DNA of 64,000 nt from Bigelowiella natans CCMP2755 (Eukaryota; Protista; Cercozoa): the NCBI GenBank assembly GCA_000320545.1, contig ADNK01001573.1:38118-102117 (forward strand), written 5' to 3'. The notes under the pieces were generated by a model. The model did not search any database. It saw nothing but the letters and a program-made list of their open reading frames with translations, and was not told the origin of the DNA. Each line of letters begins with the position of its first letter. Within the stretch, counting starts at the first letter, position 1. The translations under genes and the position numbers were made by a program. Shown here one piece after another: positions 1 to 22,898 of this stretch.

Positions 1-76
1 TAAGTAGTAGTAGTAATAGTATTATTAGCAGCAGGTATAGAAGTACCATCAGCATGCATGTTCTATACTGACTCAT

Positions 77-109
<33 letters not shown>

Positions 110-197
110 CAGTAGTAATAGTAGCTCTAAGTAACACAAAACCGCCATCAGCACTACTTCCTTCCACAATGCCTTCACGCAAGCAAGCAAGCACACG

Positions 198-234
<37 letters not shown>

Positions 235-643
235 CCTACGATGACATTTAGATCAATAGCGGTGCTAGTAGGGAGATCCCACTAAGATGATAGAAAATAG
301 ATCATTTGCCGCCGTTACAACCAACATATCAACCAAACAACAAGAATTGCCGATAATATCAAACTGCTGCATGCACACAAAATTAAAGAAATTTTTAGAG
401 TATTGTATCAGTGACGTAATGTGTGTGCGCGCGCGCACGCGCGTGTGTGTGTGAAATCGTTAAATGTCATTATGATGCATTAAAACCAGCGGTGTGTTAT
501 AATAAAGATTATGTTGTCCTTCTCCTCTTGCCCTAATTGATGAATGAACACACCAACCACCTTTTGGCAGAGGATAGGCTTGCGCCATTTCATGATGATT
601 GGCCATGCCAACTATCAACAATCAACAATCAAGGAGGGAGGAG

Positions 644-695
<52 letters not shown>

Positions 696-909
696 AGGGA
701 AAATTTGACCATAGGTAAACCACTTTTGTTCTCAAAGGATGCGCGAAGAAACATAGAAATTCAAAACGACAAAAGCATGATCTCTGATGTTATCATTACA
801 ATGTTAACTGCGAGACCTCCACCCAGTACAAATGCAAGGGATGGATCCCAGTGTCTGATGATATTATAGTTTTTCTTTTGATTAGAATTGATGATTCGTC
901 TCTATACTG

Positions 910-946
<37 letters not shown>

Positions 947-1294
947 CACTGCTGCTACTACTACCATTACTACAAAGTACCACCTAATTATAAGATATAA
1001 TACGACATATGTACTATAGGATGGCCCTCACTATCATTTGTGTTACACTTGAAGAAGAAGAAGAAGAAGAAGAAGAAGAAGAAGAAGAAGCAGCTTTTGG
1101 TAGTAATTATACTGTTAATTTGATTCTTGTTATCTTTATTCTTACATGAATCTTCTTACTATTATTTTTCAGACGTGTGACTTTGTTTACTTATTAAGTG
1201 CCAAGAAGGAGTGCACTTTTGTAGGTCTAACCTATAGTAGTAGCAGCAGCAGCAGCAGCAAGTTAATAGTAGTAAATAATGTTAGGAAGGTGGT

Positions 1295-1328
<34 letters not shown>

Positions 1329-1373
1329 AATCTTCTGCCTCTTCTTTCAACAACCACCAATATGACAATTATA

Positions 1374-1408
<35 letters not shown>

Positions 1409-1670
1409 ACTGCTGTAACTCTCTTCCAAGTATGATAAGTTACATCGCTACGACTAATTCTATTCCCAACATCAATACTACTTCCACCACTCCTTTTTTC
1501 CACTTCATCATCATCATCATCATCATCACAATCATCATAATGTCCGTATTATTACCATTCCTGAAATGCACAATCCGCACGCAAATCCGATGGAGCAGGC
1601 AAGAGCAACACACCCAGCTAAGACTGATTGCTACAAATAACAGTGCAATCAGCATCGTTAGCAGCAGCAC

Positions 1671-1740
<70 letters not shown>

Positions 1741-2227
1741 TGTGTGCGTGTGTGTGTATTATGTATATAAAATCACTAATTATTGACAACCCTATGCTAG
1801 AACGCTACTTCTGTGGTGTTATATGGTGCTTTAAATAATACAAGCAGCTTTTGTGTAAGACAAGGATGATCGCGTGGACGATGATAACACCTTCTCCTCC
1901 TTTGCCATCTTCAACAAGCCAAAGACTGTGCATGTGCATCCCAAACCAATTGAGAGATAGTGGAGATCTGTACAATGAAGAACATAATACTGTAAGGTGT
2001 CACACCAGAACAACAATACAAAGAGGAGATGGCATAGAATCTGATGGAAAATAACAAATAAGCTTCTTCTATATGTCGTTGAGTTATATGCAATCATTTC
2101 TATTTTATCATCATTATTTTGACTAGAACTCTTCCGGAATAACTACAAGATTATATTACCAAATATCAGTTTTTAAAAATCTTTCTATTCCTTCTAACAC
2201 TATTCTATTCTCTCACCAGCTACTACT

Positions 2228-2258
<31 letters not shown>

Positions 2259-3119
2259 CAGTAGTACCTCTTACATTAGAGATAGAATCAACAGGATGCT
2301 CAGAAGGTTGCCATGCACTACGCATTATCGGCCATAAACTCGAGGCAATGAATACAGCTAATTGATTGTCACAACCACCAACGATCAAGTAACACCGATC
2401 ATAATTAATAGATGAATCCATCCAACAAGAACATATATTGCTATCTCAGCACTGATAAGAACAGTAGTTGTAGTTGTAGGAGTAGTAGTAGCAGTAGTAA
2501 CTGCCCTTTCTCTCTCTTGTATAATATCTCTTCTCAATTCCCTGGAGGCTCATCGTATAACTAAGCAAAGTTTGACAAAAGGGGAGAGGCAGCAATGGAG
2601 ATACCCGTGGAAAAAAACGTGCAAACAGCTGCAAGAGAGCGTTTCGAGCTGGATTAAAAAAAAAACCAGGTGATAATGCTGCTGCTTGTAATGATGATGA
2701 TATAATGATGAAATAACAATGATAAGATGATTTTTTAATGATGTGCTTATGGTAGCAATGGTAATATCGAAAGAGTGAATTCGAGCAATCAGTCTTTACC
2801 GGCTGCTAAAGTAGTAGTGTTAGTAGTTGTAGTTGTTTCTTACGAATAAATGCATTTATTAAGCTGGTTTATTGTCTGATGAATGTCGTCTCACAATCTT
2901 GCAAGGCCACATAGACCATGGCCAGATGTGCATCCACTTCCCAAAGTTGTGCCAAACCCTACTAGAAGACCTGGCAGCATCGTTACCATTCTTATTTATT
3001 TTTCTTATAATTAATAATAATGAAAACAATTTCCTATTTCATAATCTCTTTTCATATCTTAGAACCTCTCACCATCAGCAACACCTTCACCAATATCATC
3101 GTCATCATCATCATCATCG

Positions 3120-3153
<34 letters not shown>

Positions 3154-4117
3154 TATCAAAACAACTACTACTCACCAGAGACCACCATCAATCCAGTGTT
3201 GTATCCTCCTGTTTGTTGTTGCATAAGCAACCATTTACTAGTAAGCAACCATTTTATCATAGGGGAGGGAAATGTCATATGCAAGATGCCAATCATTCAG
3301 AATGACCGTCATCATCATCAGATTCTACCTTGTTCGAACCAGCCAGCTTCTGTGAAGCGCATAATGGCCCCTTTTGAATACAAAATCCTATATTAATATT
3401 CGCTTTGACTGCATGGAAATTTGTTCATTGAGATGTATTAGATACTCTTGTACTGAAACAACGATTGGAAGCAGCATTAATGTTTTCACTATAAGTACTA
3501 CTATCATTTCTGCTGTACTTCCACAAACACTACTAGCGCTGATAAAATATCTAAAGGCAGCACTATTCGTAGTATCAAGCAATAAACGATGTGCTTGCAG
3601 CACCTACCTCCACACAAAAGACCGCCGAAGAAGATCAGGTGCAAAGGGTCAGGTGAAGCCTAAACGAAGAGGGAAGGGAGGGGTGATTAAGGTGATATTT
3701 CATGTGCTCTTTCTTATTCTGATGATCGATTCACCATCTTCCAAAGAAGTGATCATAATACAAGAGGTAGTACCTGGAAGGTAGACTGCAACCATGCTTT
3801 TTTAAATGTCCCTGAAATGCCCGTCACTAAAAATAGCAACATTTATTGGGCTAAATTGACGAGATCGAGATCCAAGGCTAAACAGAAGTTTTTGTTCTTA
3901 CCTCTTCCAATCATCGCAAGGTAGAACGTGGTACTCAGTCCTGGAAATTATACATCTGGTTATAAAGTATGCAAATAGCCCCATGTTAACGACACACCTA
4001 GGATTACTCCTCCAGCGGCCGCAAAGCCTAAAGCACGTTCATAATCGAGTCCCATGATGTGATGATAATGATTTTCGTGCGTCCCGAGGAGCAGCTACCA
4101 ATGGGCGGTATGTGGAT
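1..4117 (-). CDS. YeeE/YedE-family (thiosulfate/sulfur-compound transporter-like) membrane protein, two-module fused form; multi-exon, 3' end runs off the window, start codon not resolved
   Basis: Manually spliced GT-AG exons read [11 protein letters not shown]|[12 protein letters not shown]|VTGISG (~4030-3790), [25 protein letters not shown] (~2895-2970, GCTSGH hallmark), [15 protein letters not shown] (~2600), [10 protein letters not shown]|[13 protein letters not shown]|[18 protein letters not shown] (~1620-800) and KPILCQK|[16 protein letters not shown] (~610-232). Confidence 0.88.
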
Positions 4118-4532
4118 CTGACAACACTACGATTTAGGCCTGCGACAACACATCACAGTTGTCTTTCCATGGATTTGTACTGCCTAAATACAGGAATAAT
4201 CGATTTACCGACCATTTCAGGACGTTACTGCACGCTACGAATCTCGTGTAGATCTAGGACTACTGTTTGCGGTTCTCTGCCGATGTAATAATTTTATTAG
4301 GTAAATCTTCCACATTTAGCTTCTTTGGACAGATGTAGGACATTTTCAGTGTTTGAATCCGTTACATGCTTGTCGTACTATACTACCTCGGACATCGCAT
4401 GTTGTTGAGAAGAAGGAAGTAGTCGGAAAGAAGTCTCGGGAAGTGCGATGCGATAACAACATCGCGATCTTCCCTCCAAAATCCATACATCTACCCTACC
4501 CCACCCACCCCCTCTAGGACCAAGAACCTACG

Positions 4533-5228
4533 ATGAGATTAGACTTGGATCAACTGCAGCATCTTATTACCATTATAACTATGTCATCAAAAAAATTAGC
4601 AGAGCGCAGCTGCAGCAGTAGAGATTTAACAAGACGTCGACGTGCCATAAGAAGAAGGCTAGGTAGGGGTGATTGGAGTCCGAGCTACAAGCCAAAAAGA
4701 CGGCCACTCCATCGCGAGCTCGATATTATGAATATGGATGAACAGCCAAGTTGTTCCAGGTGGAGTAAAGCGAGAAAGTGCTCATTGAGGTTTTCAGTTG
4801 GCGACACTGTCTGGTGTAGATTTGAAGATGAATGGTGTAAGGCAGAGGTTGTTGCCTACGATTGGCGAGGTAAAGATTGGGAAGAAGGAAAGGTTGCAGC
4901 ATATCAGCTGCGGATGTTAGAAGTGAGTCTGGAAGAGTGTCTGATATATGCGCCTGAAGACAACGACAACTATGTAAGAGCTGAACCTCCTAGCAAGTAC
5001 ACACCTAAAGAGAAAATAAGATTCGAGATTGGAGCTCGAGTTCAATGTAAAGTTGGGGAGAATTGGGTTAATGGGATTGTTCTAGAACATAACTACAGGG
5101 AGGTAGACTGGGATCCTGATGAATATTCTCCATACCAAGTACAGATTATCGACAAGAACGATCGCAGAAAGATTTATGTGCCTGTAGACTCTGATATTCT
5201 GATTCGAAGAAGCAAATACACGAAATAA
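4533..5228 (+). CDS. Intronless protein with two tandem ~65-aa SH3/Tudor-like beta-barrel repeats (LRFxVGDxVxC...W..G.V....R...W......YQ......IY.P.D.D...R)
   Basis: Uninterrupted 231-aa ORF of high complexity with an internal repeat: LRFSVGDTVWCRFEDEWCKAEVV...YQLRML...IYAPEDNDNYVR vs IRFEIGARVQCKVGENWVNGIVL...YQVQII...IYVPVDSDILIR. The true start may be the second Met (MSSKK, ~4581). Confidence 0.75.
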   Translation: MRLDLDQLQHLITIITMSSKKLAERSCSSRDLTRRRRAIRRRLGRGDWSPSYKPKRRPLHRELDIMNMDEQPSCSRWSKARKCSLRFSVGDTVWCRFEDEWCKAEVVAYDWRGKDWEEGKVAAYQLRMLEVSLEECLIYAPEDNDNYVRAEPPSKYTPKEKIRFEIGARVQCKVGENWVNGIVLEHNYREVDWDPDEYSPYQVQIIDKNDRRKIYVPVDSDILIRRSKYTK

Positions 5229-5329
5229 TTTAAGGCCAATTCTGTCATCGTCCGAATCTAATTTTATAAACGTTATTCTTCATTATAGCATCACGTCGGC
5301 ATTTTGTGCAGGAGCATGTAATAGCACTT

Positions 5330-5770
5330 ATCATTGTCACTACCATTGCATAACTGCATGGGCATCTTTTTGATGATGCAACGTTACTTTTGCTTTAAAT
5401 GAATCCATGCAACTGTAGCATGCGCACAGCGCTGCGATGCTTTCAACGTGGTGCATGTCTAGATGTGCTTACACAGCATGTGCGCTACATTCACAACTAG
5501 CTAGCTAGATGATGTGGGTACACGACGCACAAGTACACTTCAATGTAATCGTATGTCGATCCCTCTAGCCTTATACTCTGCGATGCATGCTGTAGCTCAA
5601 TTAGAGGTCGACGAAGTACGTCCTACTAAATGGGCTGCCATGATGGTGCCTGCTAGCCTGCTCACATGCTAATTACTATGTCTATTATGCTAGCATGCTA
5701 GCATGTCTAGATGTGTCAAATTGTCATTCAACGAATAAAATTTACTTATTTCGAATGCTAATGCTACTGC
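5330..5770. repeat. CTAG/GCATGC palindrome-rich island 1 (convergent gene junction)
   Basis: Dense ctagctagctag, tgctagcatgctagcatgtctaga, gcatgc and tgca words between the 3' ends of the 4533(+) gene and P5CS(-). Confidence 0.75.
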
Positions 5771-5891
5771 TACATGTTACTTGAGGATGACCATTGAACA
5801 AATTTAATTTGATTCTTTACATCCGTCTTACATGTTACTTATGATTGCTCTGTCCAAAACCAATGAACTGCTTATTTATTAGTTATTATTG

Positions 5892-16271
<10,380 letters not shown>

Positions 16272-16619
16272 GGTAGGTATAAGCGGGATACCGAAGTTTA
16301 TTGCAGGTTTTATGACACAGGGGGGGTTAGGAGACAAGGAGACTATTGTTGTTCTTGTCGTTGTTTCTGAACGCCAATCATATAGTTGTCGTAAGGATAA
16401 AATCCCAAGATATTTTGCCAAAAATGACAAACTTAAAAAATGTCAGGACACGTGGCACCTTTGCATTTTACGAGAACTGGTTCGCTTGACAACATGGTTA
16501 CGAGGGAGCATCCACATGCATCATTGTGCATGGAGTAGAGAATGATGATGGTTTTGAGGAGGACAAAAACACATCCATATAGGAAAACACCAAGCAAAAA
16601 ATCCAAAAAGTTAAAAATT

Positions 16620-16738
16620 GGATACAACAACGCCGTGTTCCCGCGTGGTCCCCCACCGCAGTACTAACGAGTCCCAACGACGCTTAATTTCCGAGTTCGG
16701 CAGGGATCGGGTGTATTAGTCGTGGTATGGTCGTATCC
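16620..16738 (-). rRNA. 5S rRNA gene, single dispersed copy
   Basis: The reverse complement GGATACGACCATACCACGACTAATACACCCGATCCCTGCCGAACTCGGAAATTAAGCGTCGTTGGGACTCGTTAGTACTGCGGTGGGGGACCACGCGGGAACACGGCGTTGTTGTATCC is ~119 nt. It has pairing ends (GGATAC/GTATCC), the conserved CCATACC, CCGATCCC, TTAAGC and TTAGTACT motifs, and a downstream TTTTT Pol III terminator (~16613-16617). Confidence 0.95.
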
Positions 16739-17103
16739 ACACATAAAGGCTCTCATTTGCTACCTGAATTGTCCAAAATTTTTATCAGACTTTGTTGTCT
16801 TAACTTGTCTTAACTTTGAAAAAAGGGCAACAACAACAACAACAATAACAACAACAACAATAACAACAACAACAACAATAATAACAACGACGACGACGAC
16901 GTCGACTTCCTCCCCACACCCAACCCTTTACCACCTTGGCCATTAGGCTGTAGATGGAATGGCATCACGTTTTGTTACTTTGAGGATTCCTCGTAGAGTT
17001 TTCCATAGTATTCTGATGCTCCTCTCTGGTTAGTTCACCCCTTCTACTACTACTCCGCCTTTCCCATCTGTACATTCTGCATTCGTGGTGACTGTTTTGA
17101 GCA

Positions 17104-18362
17104 ATGTTTGTAGGCACATCCGTGATAACCATGGCATCAATTCTTCTTCTAACGTTCATTTCTCTCGGAAGTATTTCTACTTTAAGATCAATCCAGACTA
17201 TGGGGAGGATAGAGTCTAATGTACGTCATCACAAGCTACAGGCTGGAATTGTCTCTTCACGGAGAGCTGCGATCTACGGCGGTGGAACAGCAGCTGCACT
17301 TTCTCTTCTCGGAGCAAAGCCTGTAACAAAATATCAAAAATTATGACAATAAGTTGCATAGTTATTGTGAATCTAACTTGATAGGGTTCGGCAGCTGTTA
17401 ATGGCATAGCTGAAGCCAGATTAGAAAAAGCACTTTTTCAATTACGCAGACTTGAAAATCCGATCTCCAATAGGCGCTATCGGTAATGACACTCTTTCAT
17501 TCGTTGGTATGGTATACATGCGTGATAAAGAAATAAAGTACTTCTTAACATTACACGGCAAACCTATGGTCTTAAATTGAGTACACCATCAACAGAAAGA
17601 TTAAATTTTCTAGAATAGCGAATAAAATGCTAATTTAAAACAGGGAAGCGAGAGAAGAGCTACGTGAAGGATCGCTTTCACATCTTCGAGAGGATGTTAG
17701 GGAGGCTATGGTTGACTAGAATACTATTAGACTACTTAAATATGGAAGCATCATCCATCCCAAAAATCTCTAACAAAGGCGAAACATAAACAACGATACC
17801 GTCGACGCTGAAGACAACAATTAACAAAATTGTCATGCTGATTTGTAGAGAGTAGTTCTATACTGCAATACAACGCTGAACAAATTTCTTGTTCGATCAA
17901 ACAAAGTACAATATCAGACACTATATTCCCTAGAATTGCAAGAAAATGAATAATAGCTTTATACCAAAGATGGTGTGTACTTAATGTGCCTGGTGGCTAT
18001 CAGGCTCGACATCCCGTCCGACAAGAAGACGCCAAGGCTGCCATAAATTCGCTTTTATTGTTAGATAATGCTCTACGAAAGGCAGAGGTAAGGATAAAAA
18101 AAACAATTCCATTTTCCGAGTGATGAGAATTCATGATAGGAACTGTCGAACTACTTGTCTAGTGGCAACAAAGCCTTTAATTTGACTGTCTTTGTCATCT
18201 TGCGTGTGGTGTTAGAGAGGTAATAACGTAGCGCTCTTTCCTTCTCTGATTGAGGCTATAGACCAGCTTTCGGTCGTCGTTAGTACACTCGAAAAGGAGG
18301 GCAGTCTCTATGGTGGAGATTTTACGAACCCCCCACCTTTTAAGAAAAGGTATACCTTTTGA
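17104..18362 (+). CDS. Nucleus-encoded plastid thylakoid-lumen protein, PsbQ-like helical bundle, with signal peptide + transit + twin-arginine presequence
   Basis: The N-terminus has a hydrophobic signal (ASILLLTFISLG), then SRRAAIYGGGTAAALSLLGAKP (Tat-like). Spliced mature part: ARLEKALFQLRRLENPISNRRY|EAREELREGSLSHLREDVREAM|ARHPVRQEDAKAAINSLLLLDNALRKAE|RGNNVALFPSLIEAIDQLSVVVSTLEKEG...KKRYTF*. The PsbQ assignment is by pattern only. Confidence 0.62.
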
Positions 18363-18399
18363 GGCGTAGTACCTCCCAAACGTCAGTAAGCGTGTTTAC

Positions 18400-19470
18400 C
18401 GTCACACGCTACGCATGCCATATTAATGTTGCCACACTTTAATCTATATACGTTGCGTGGCCAAGCTACGCTAGTCCAGAAACTGAATAGAGCGGCACGC
18501 GTTAGGTTATTATTGCATTATTATGGCGCAGCATCGCATTCTGCATTGGCTGCGCTTGTGTACAACGTGAGCTTCTCCTGTAGTTCTGAGTCAATCATCC
18601 CGCTAAGGTGATATAGCTATGCATACACCACAGCACATAGTCAGCCGTCAGGCATTGCATTAGCATGGACGTGGCGACGGCATGTCTAGACACGTGAAAT
18701 GCAAATATCCGCAGCAGTATGTACGCGCGGCAGTGATTGTGCAGCGCTAGACGGGTGTATGCAATAATGAGCGAAATGATACGATTAATAAATATTTTCA
18801 CCTACGTACATGCTGCTCAATCCTGGCTGCTACTAGCTAGGCTGCGCTAAACTAGCTAGCTAGCGTAAGGCATAGCCATGCATGCAACACATAAAATTTG
18901 CTTATATGCTCTACATAGTGCTGCGGCTGCGCCAGGGATATAATTCCAAGTAAGGGTGCAAATGGGTGTACAAGCTTGCACTGCTGATCGAAGCGCTAAT
19001 AACACTTGCACCCTCGCGCGCGCGAATGATGATGACACTTGGATGCACCCTGCTCGCGCGAACTATAGCGCACAGCGAACAATATACACTGCATTTTGCT
19101 TTGCATGGTTTTGTTTGCTCTTGCACCCCGCCCCTGCGAGTCTCTAATTTTTATATTTTTACAATCTCAAATCTCCGCTAGAACAATCCCTGGACTGGGC
19201 AGTCCTTGCGGTGTCTTTTGTGACACTTAGCTTTGCAAACATGTGTTTTCTGCAGCAATGTCTGCTAACTCGGTCGATCATGGCGCAGGCACAATAATAG
19301 ACATAGGCCACTCTAGCACTGCGCCGTGCGCATTGATTGTCGATCAATATGTCTTTAGGGGGATAGTAAGTGCTATGTGCGCATTTCGCATACAAGAGAT
19401 TCTTAACGGCAATCATAACTTTTTCAGCATACTTTCAGAATTTTGCGGTACTCGTTCAGTGTCATGATCC
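18400..19470. repeat. Palindrome/alternating purine-pyrimidine island 2 (convergent gene junction)
   Basis: ctagctagctagc, gcatgcatgc, gcgcgcgcg and tacgta words between the PsbQ-like(+) and small membrane protein(-) 3' ends. Confidence 0.65.
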
Positions 19471-19643
19471 ATTTAATTTCAGTGGTTGTCACTGCAAAAT
19501 GCAAATTTGGGGCACACTACTTGAAGTACATCAAGACGCGTAGGATACACATTACGAGTCATCGGTTGCTCGGATATATGTGATCCTTCACTTTCTTCGG
19601 ACCAATCAGAACGACATAACTACTATTTGAAGGAACTGCAAGC

Positions 19644-20235
19644 TTAAACCTTTTCATCTGCATCAAACTGTCTCCTCTCAGCCCTGATGGTTTCCTCTCG
19701 AATGAGGTGTTTTTGGTGACCGAGATAGATGACCACTCCCATAGCGATGACGAAGACCATGAATACAGCGAAGTATCTGTGAAAATTATGTTAATTTTAA
19801 TTGACGAATACGGAGAAAATATATTCAGGCAAGATATAAGATGTGGTTATTACCCCCACAGGACCCCGGTTCCAAAGTTAACAGCGAAGTTGAGGAGAAT
19901 TGCGAAAAAAACCGTGTCGAAAGAGTATAGCACGAAAAAGAAAAGTAATAGCCATCCTACATTGACAAAAGAAATAGAGTTTAAGTCTTTGGCTATGAAA
20001 GGTGGGCAGAAGTAAAGAAAAAATGCCTTGTAGGTTTAGGGGGGAAATTGTACGTACCCCATGCGGTGCAATTCATTCCACAGTAAAGATCTTCTTCGCC
20101 TTCCTTGTGGTAGCAAAAGACTTGAGTATCAGCCCAACAGATAGCAGTTTTCTCTGAGCAGGACAGTTGCTCTTCCTCCTCCTCGTGAGCCTCAGCAAGA
20201 GTCTTTTGTTTCTTCCCTTCTTTTACATCACTCAT
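19644..20235 (-). CDS. Small (~135 aa) two-TM membrane protein; N-terminal half resembles the cytoplasmic/TM segment of Na,K-ATPase beta subunits
   Basis: Three phase-compatible exons (20235-20058, 19956-19854, 19776-19644): MSDVKEGKKQKT...FCYHKEGEEDLYCGMNCTAWG|WLLLFFFVLYSFDTVFFAILLNFAVNFGTGVLWG|YFAVFMVFVIAMGVVIYLGHQKHLIREETIRAERRQFDADEKV*. Confidence 0.75.
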
Positions 20236-21231
20236 TTTTAATCTAAAAATAACACAGTTTGATGAGTAATTCTACCATTTTATTAAAGTTCTGAGTTTAG
20301 AAAAGAATATATATGGGAAAAAATGTACATGTATATATTTTCAAGTTCTGAGTTTAGAAAAGAATATAGACTAATATATAAATACATATAATATATATAT
20401 ATATTTATATATATATGGGAGATTTCATTTTACTCTTCAAAATGAATGTTCGCCATAGTTAAAGATGCCACATCTGACCCTCAGAAAGTGGATAACTATT
20501 TTATTACGAATTCTATGTCCTCTATATCCCTTAGGATTTCACCAGAAATAGGATTTTGTTTTATTTTATTGCAAGCAAGGGGGGGAAAGCAACCTGGGTA
20601 AGGGTGTACGCTTACTACGTTTTCAGTTGCGCCTAGATTTCAGACTTACGCTAAGATTGACAAATTTTCGATTTTCTCTAATTTCATCAATGCGACAACT
20701 ATTTATAATGGTCGCTATGACATAATCTCATGAAATTGAACTGAGATTGTAGCTTGTCGTCTATGGATGCAAACGGGATCTGATTGACCTTGTTTCTGGA
20801 ATTGGGTAGAGATGAGGGAGATATGTTGAAAAGAGGGCCAAATTGGCCTGTTTTTCTCTTCTGTTACAAAATTCTCTTTCTCGGGGCGAAATAAGTACAA
20901 ATGTACATTTACCGGGGAAAACGGCTTGTCAGAGAGATATTTGATGCGTTTCTCCCTCTCCTGATATATTGTGCGTTCCTTTAACATACTACGACATAGA
21001 AGTATTACTGTCGTATCTAAGTATCATTCTTACAAATCATGTGCCCGGAGAATTTGAAAATGATTGTCGCAAGAGCTGTACAGAGGGGGTTTAAATGTGA
21101 AATAGTGATGATGGTACATGTGAACACAGACCACGTGTCCTCTGTTACTACATCACGTACTTCATTATATTCATTGCCACCACCAACCAGCTACTACTCC
21201 TACTGCTACTACTACTCGTAGTAGGGACACA

Positions 21232-21583
21232 ATGCAGGACCATACGATGTCAACTACGAAGTTGTCCTTCCTTGAGAACCTCGTTGTGGTAGATCGATAC
21301 AGATACCATCCAAGAATTGATAAATGATACTAACAATCACTATGTGCTGCTGGTATATCAGTTTGTCTTCTTCGGAAGTCATATCTTCTTCAACTGGATT
21401 TTTGTTGCTATAGCACTATACGCTTTGCTTCCAACGTGGATCTTTATTCTTCTTGGCATCTCCTACTTTGTCAATATGTTGATGAGTAAGGCACACCTGA
21501 AAGGTCTGCTGTGTTCCCTTTCCCTCCCTTCCCCTCCCCCTTCCCCCTTCTCTTTCTTTCTTTCTTTCTTTCTTTCTCTTTCT

Positions 21584-21650
<67 letters not shown>

Positions 21651-22115
21651 CGTCATTCCCTTACAATATTATCACTACACACTAAAAGGAAATCCTACCA
21701 GATGGAAGGCAATCTGTGACTCAATCTTAACAAATGCCCCTCTGAAATATTTTGATACGGTGCTGTCATCACAGAAATCATCACCATCCTTCATCTTTGT
21801 TATGTAATCAACACAATACGCTATTAACCAACTTACTGGTAATAATAAGAATACATGTGTGTGATAGTTGCCTTGCTTTCTTCCCTTTTTTCCTTCTCTT
21901 ATGAGTGTAACAATGATGATGTTTACCATGATGTTGTTTTCAGAAAGTACTCTTTAGCAATGGTATGAACTTGGATAGAAAGAAGCATTATATCTTTGGT
22001 ATACATCCGCATGGAATCTTTGGGTAAGTAGTAGTAGCAAGGGAATGCTGTTGTAGTGGGGGAAAGAAAAAGCTACCAACCAATCTTGGTGATGCTAATA
22101 CTGAATAAAAAGACA

Positions 22116-22149
<34 letters not shown>

Positions 22150-22231
22150 GGATGATGGTGATGCTCTTACAACAATGAGAAAAGAAAGATATTCTATATT
22201 TTCGTTCTGATTTTCTGATATACTTCTACTG

Positions 22232-22265
<34 letters not shown>

Positions 22266-22865
22266 CACTACCACTACCACTACCACAGTTTTGGAGGACT
22301 TTCAATCTATGCATCAACATCTGAGCTGCTCCGTCGTTTTCCTTGGCTTGACATTTATATTTGTGTCGCGACAGTAATGTTCAGGATCCCTATTTTGAGA
22401 GAGTAAGGAAGTGTTATTCATTCATGACAACAACAACAACAACAACCGTAACTACTACTTCTACTACCTTTTATGAGAATCACACTAAAATACACTCCTC
22501 CTCCTCCTCCTCCTCCTCCTCCTCCTCCTCCTCTTCGCAGAACTCGAAGACCCTAATGTAACGATCTTCTTCCATCAGATATTTTCTCTTGACCGGCCAT
22601 GTTGATGCTTCCCGGAAAAATGTATGATGACAAGGAAGAAAAAAAAGAAGGAGGAGGAGAGGGGGGCTTACGAAACAGAATAAAAGGGGAAGAATATTAA
22701 TATTTAAAGGAAAATTAAATTGATCTAGTAATTGTCTCGAGCAAAAACAATAAGATAAGGAGTAAGCTAATTATGTGCTGCTCAACAATGTGCATGGATA
22801 TATTCGCATGGAAGTACATGTCATTGCACACAAACGACTTTTAATTGCATGCTGTATGTAATACT

Positions 22866-22898
<33 letters not shown>

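Noticed and set aside
16280-16615. Spliced-leader RNA or snRNA gene linked to the 5S gene
   Set aside because: No recognisable U1/U2/U5/U6 motifs or convincing SL donor + Sm-site arrangement.
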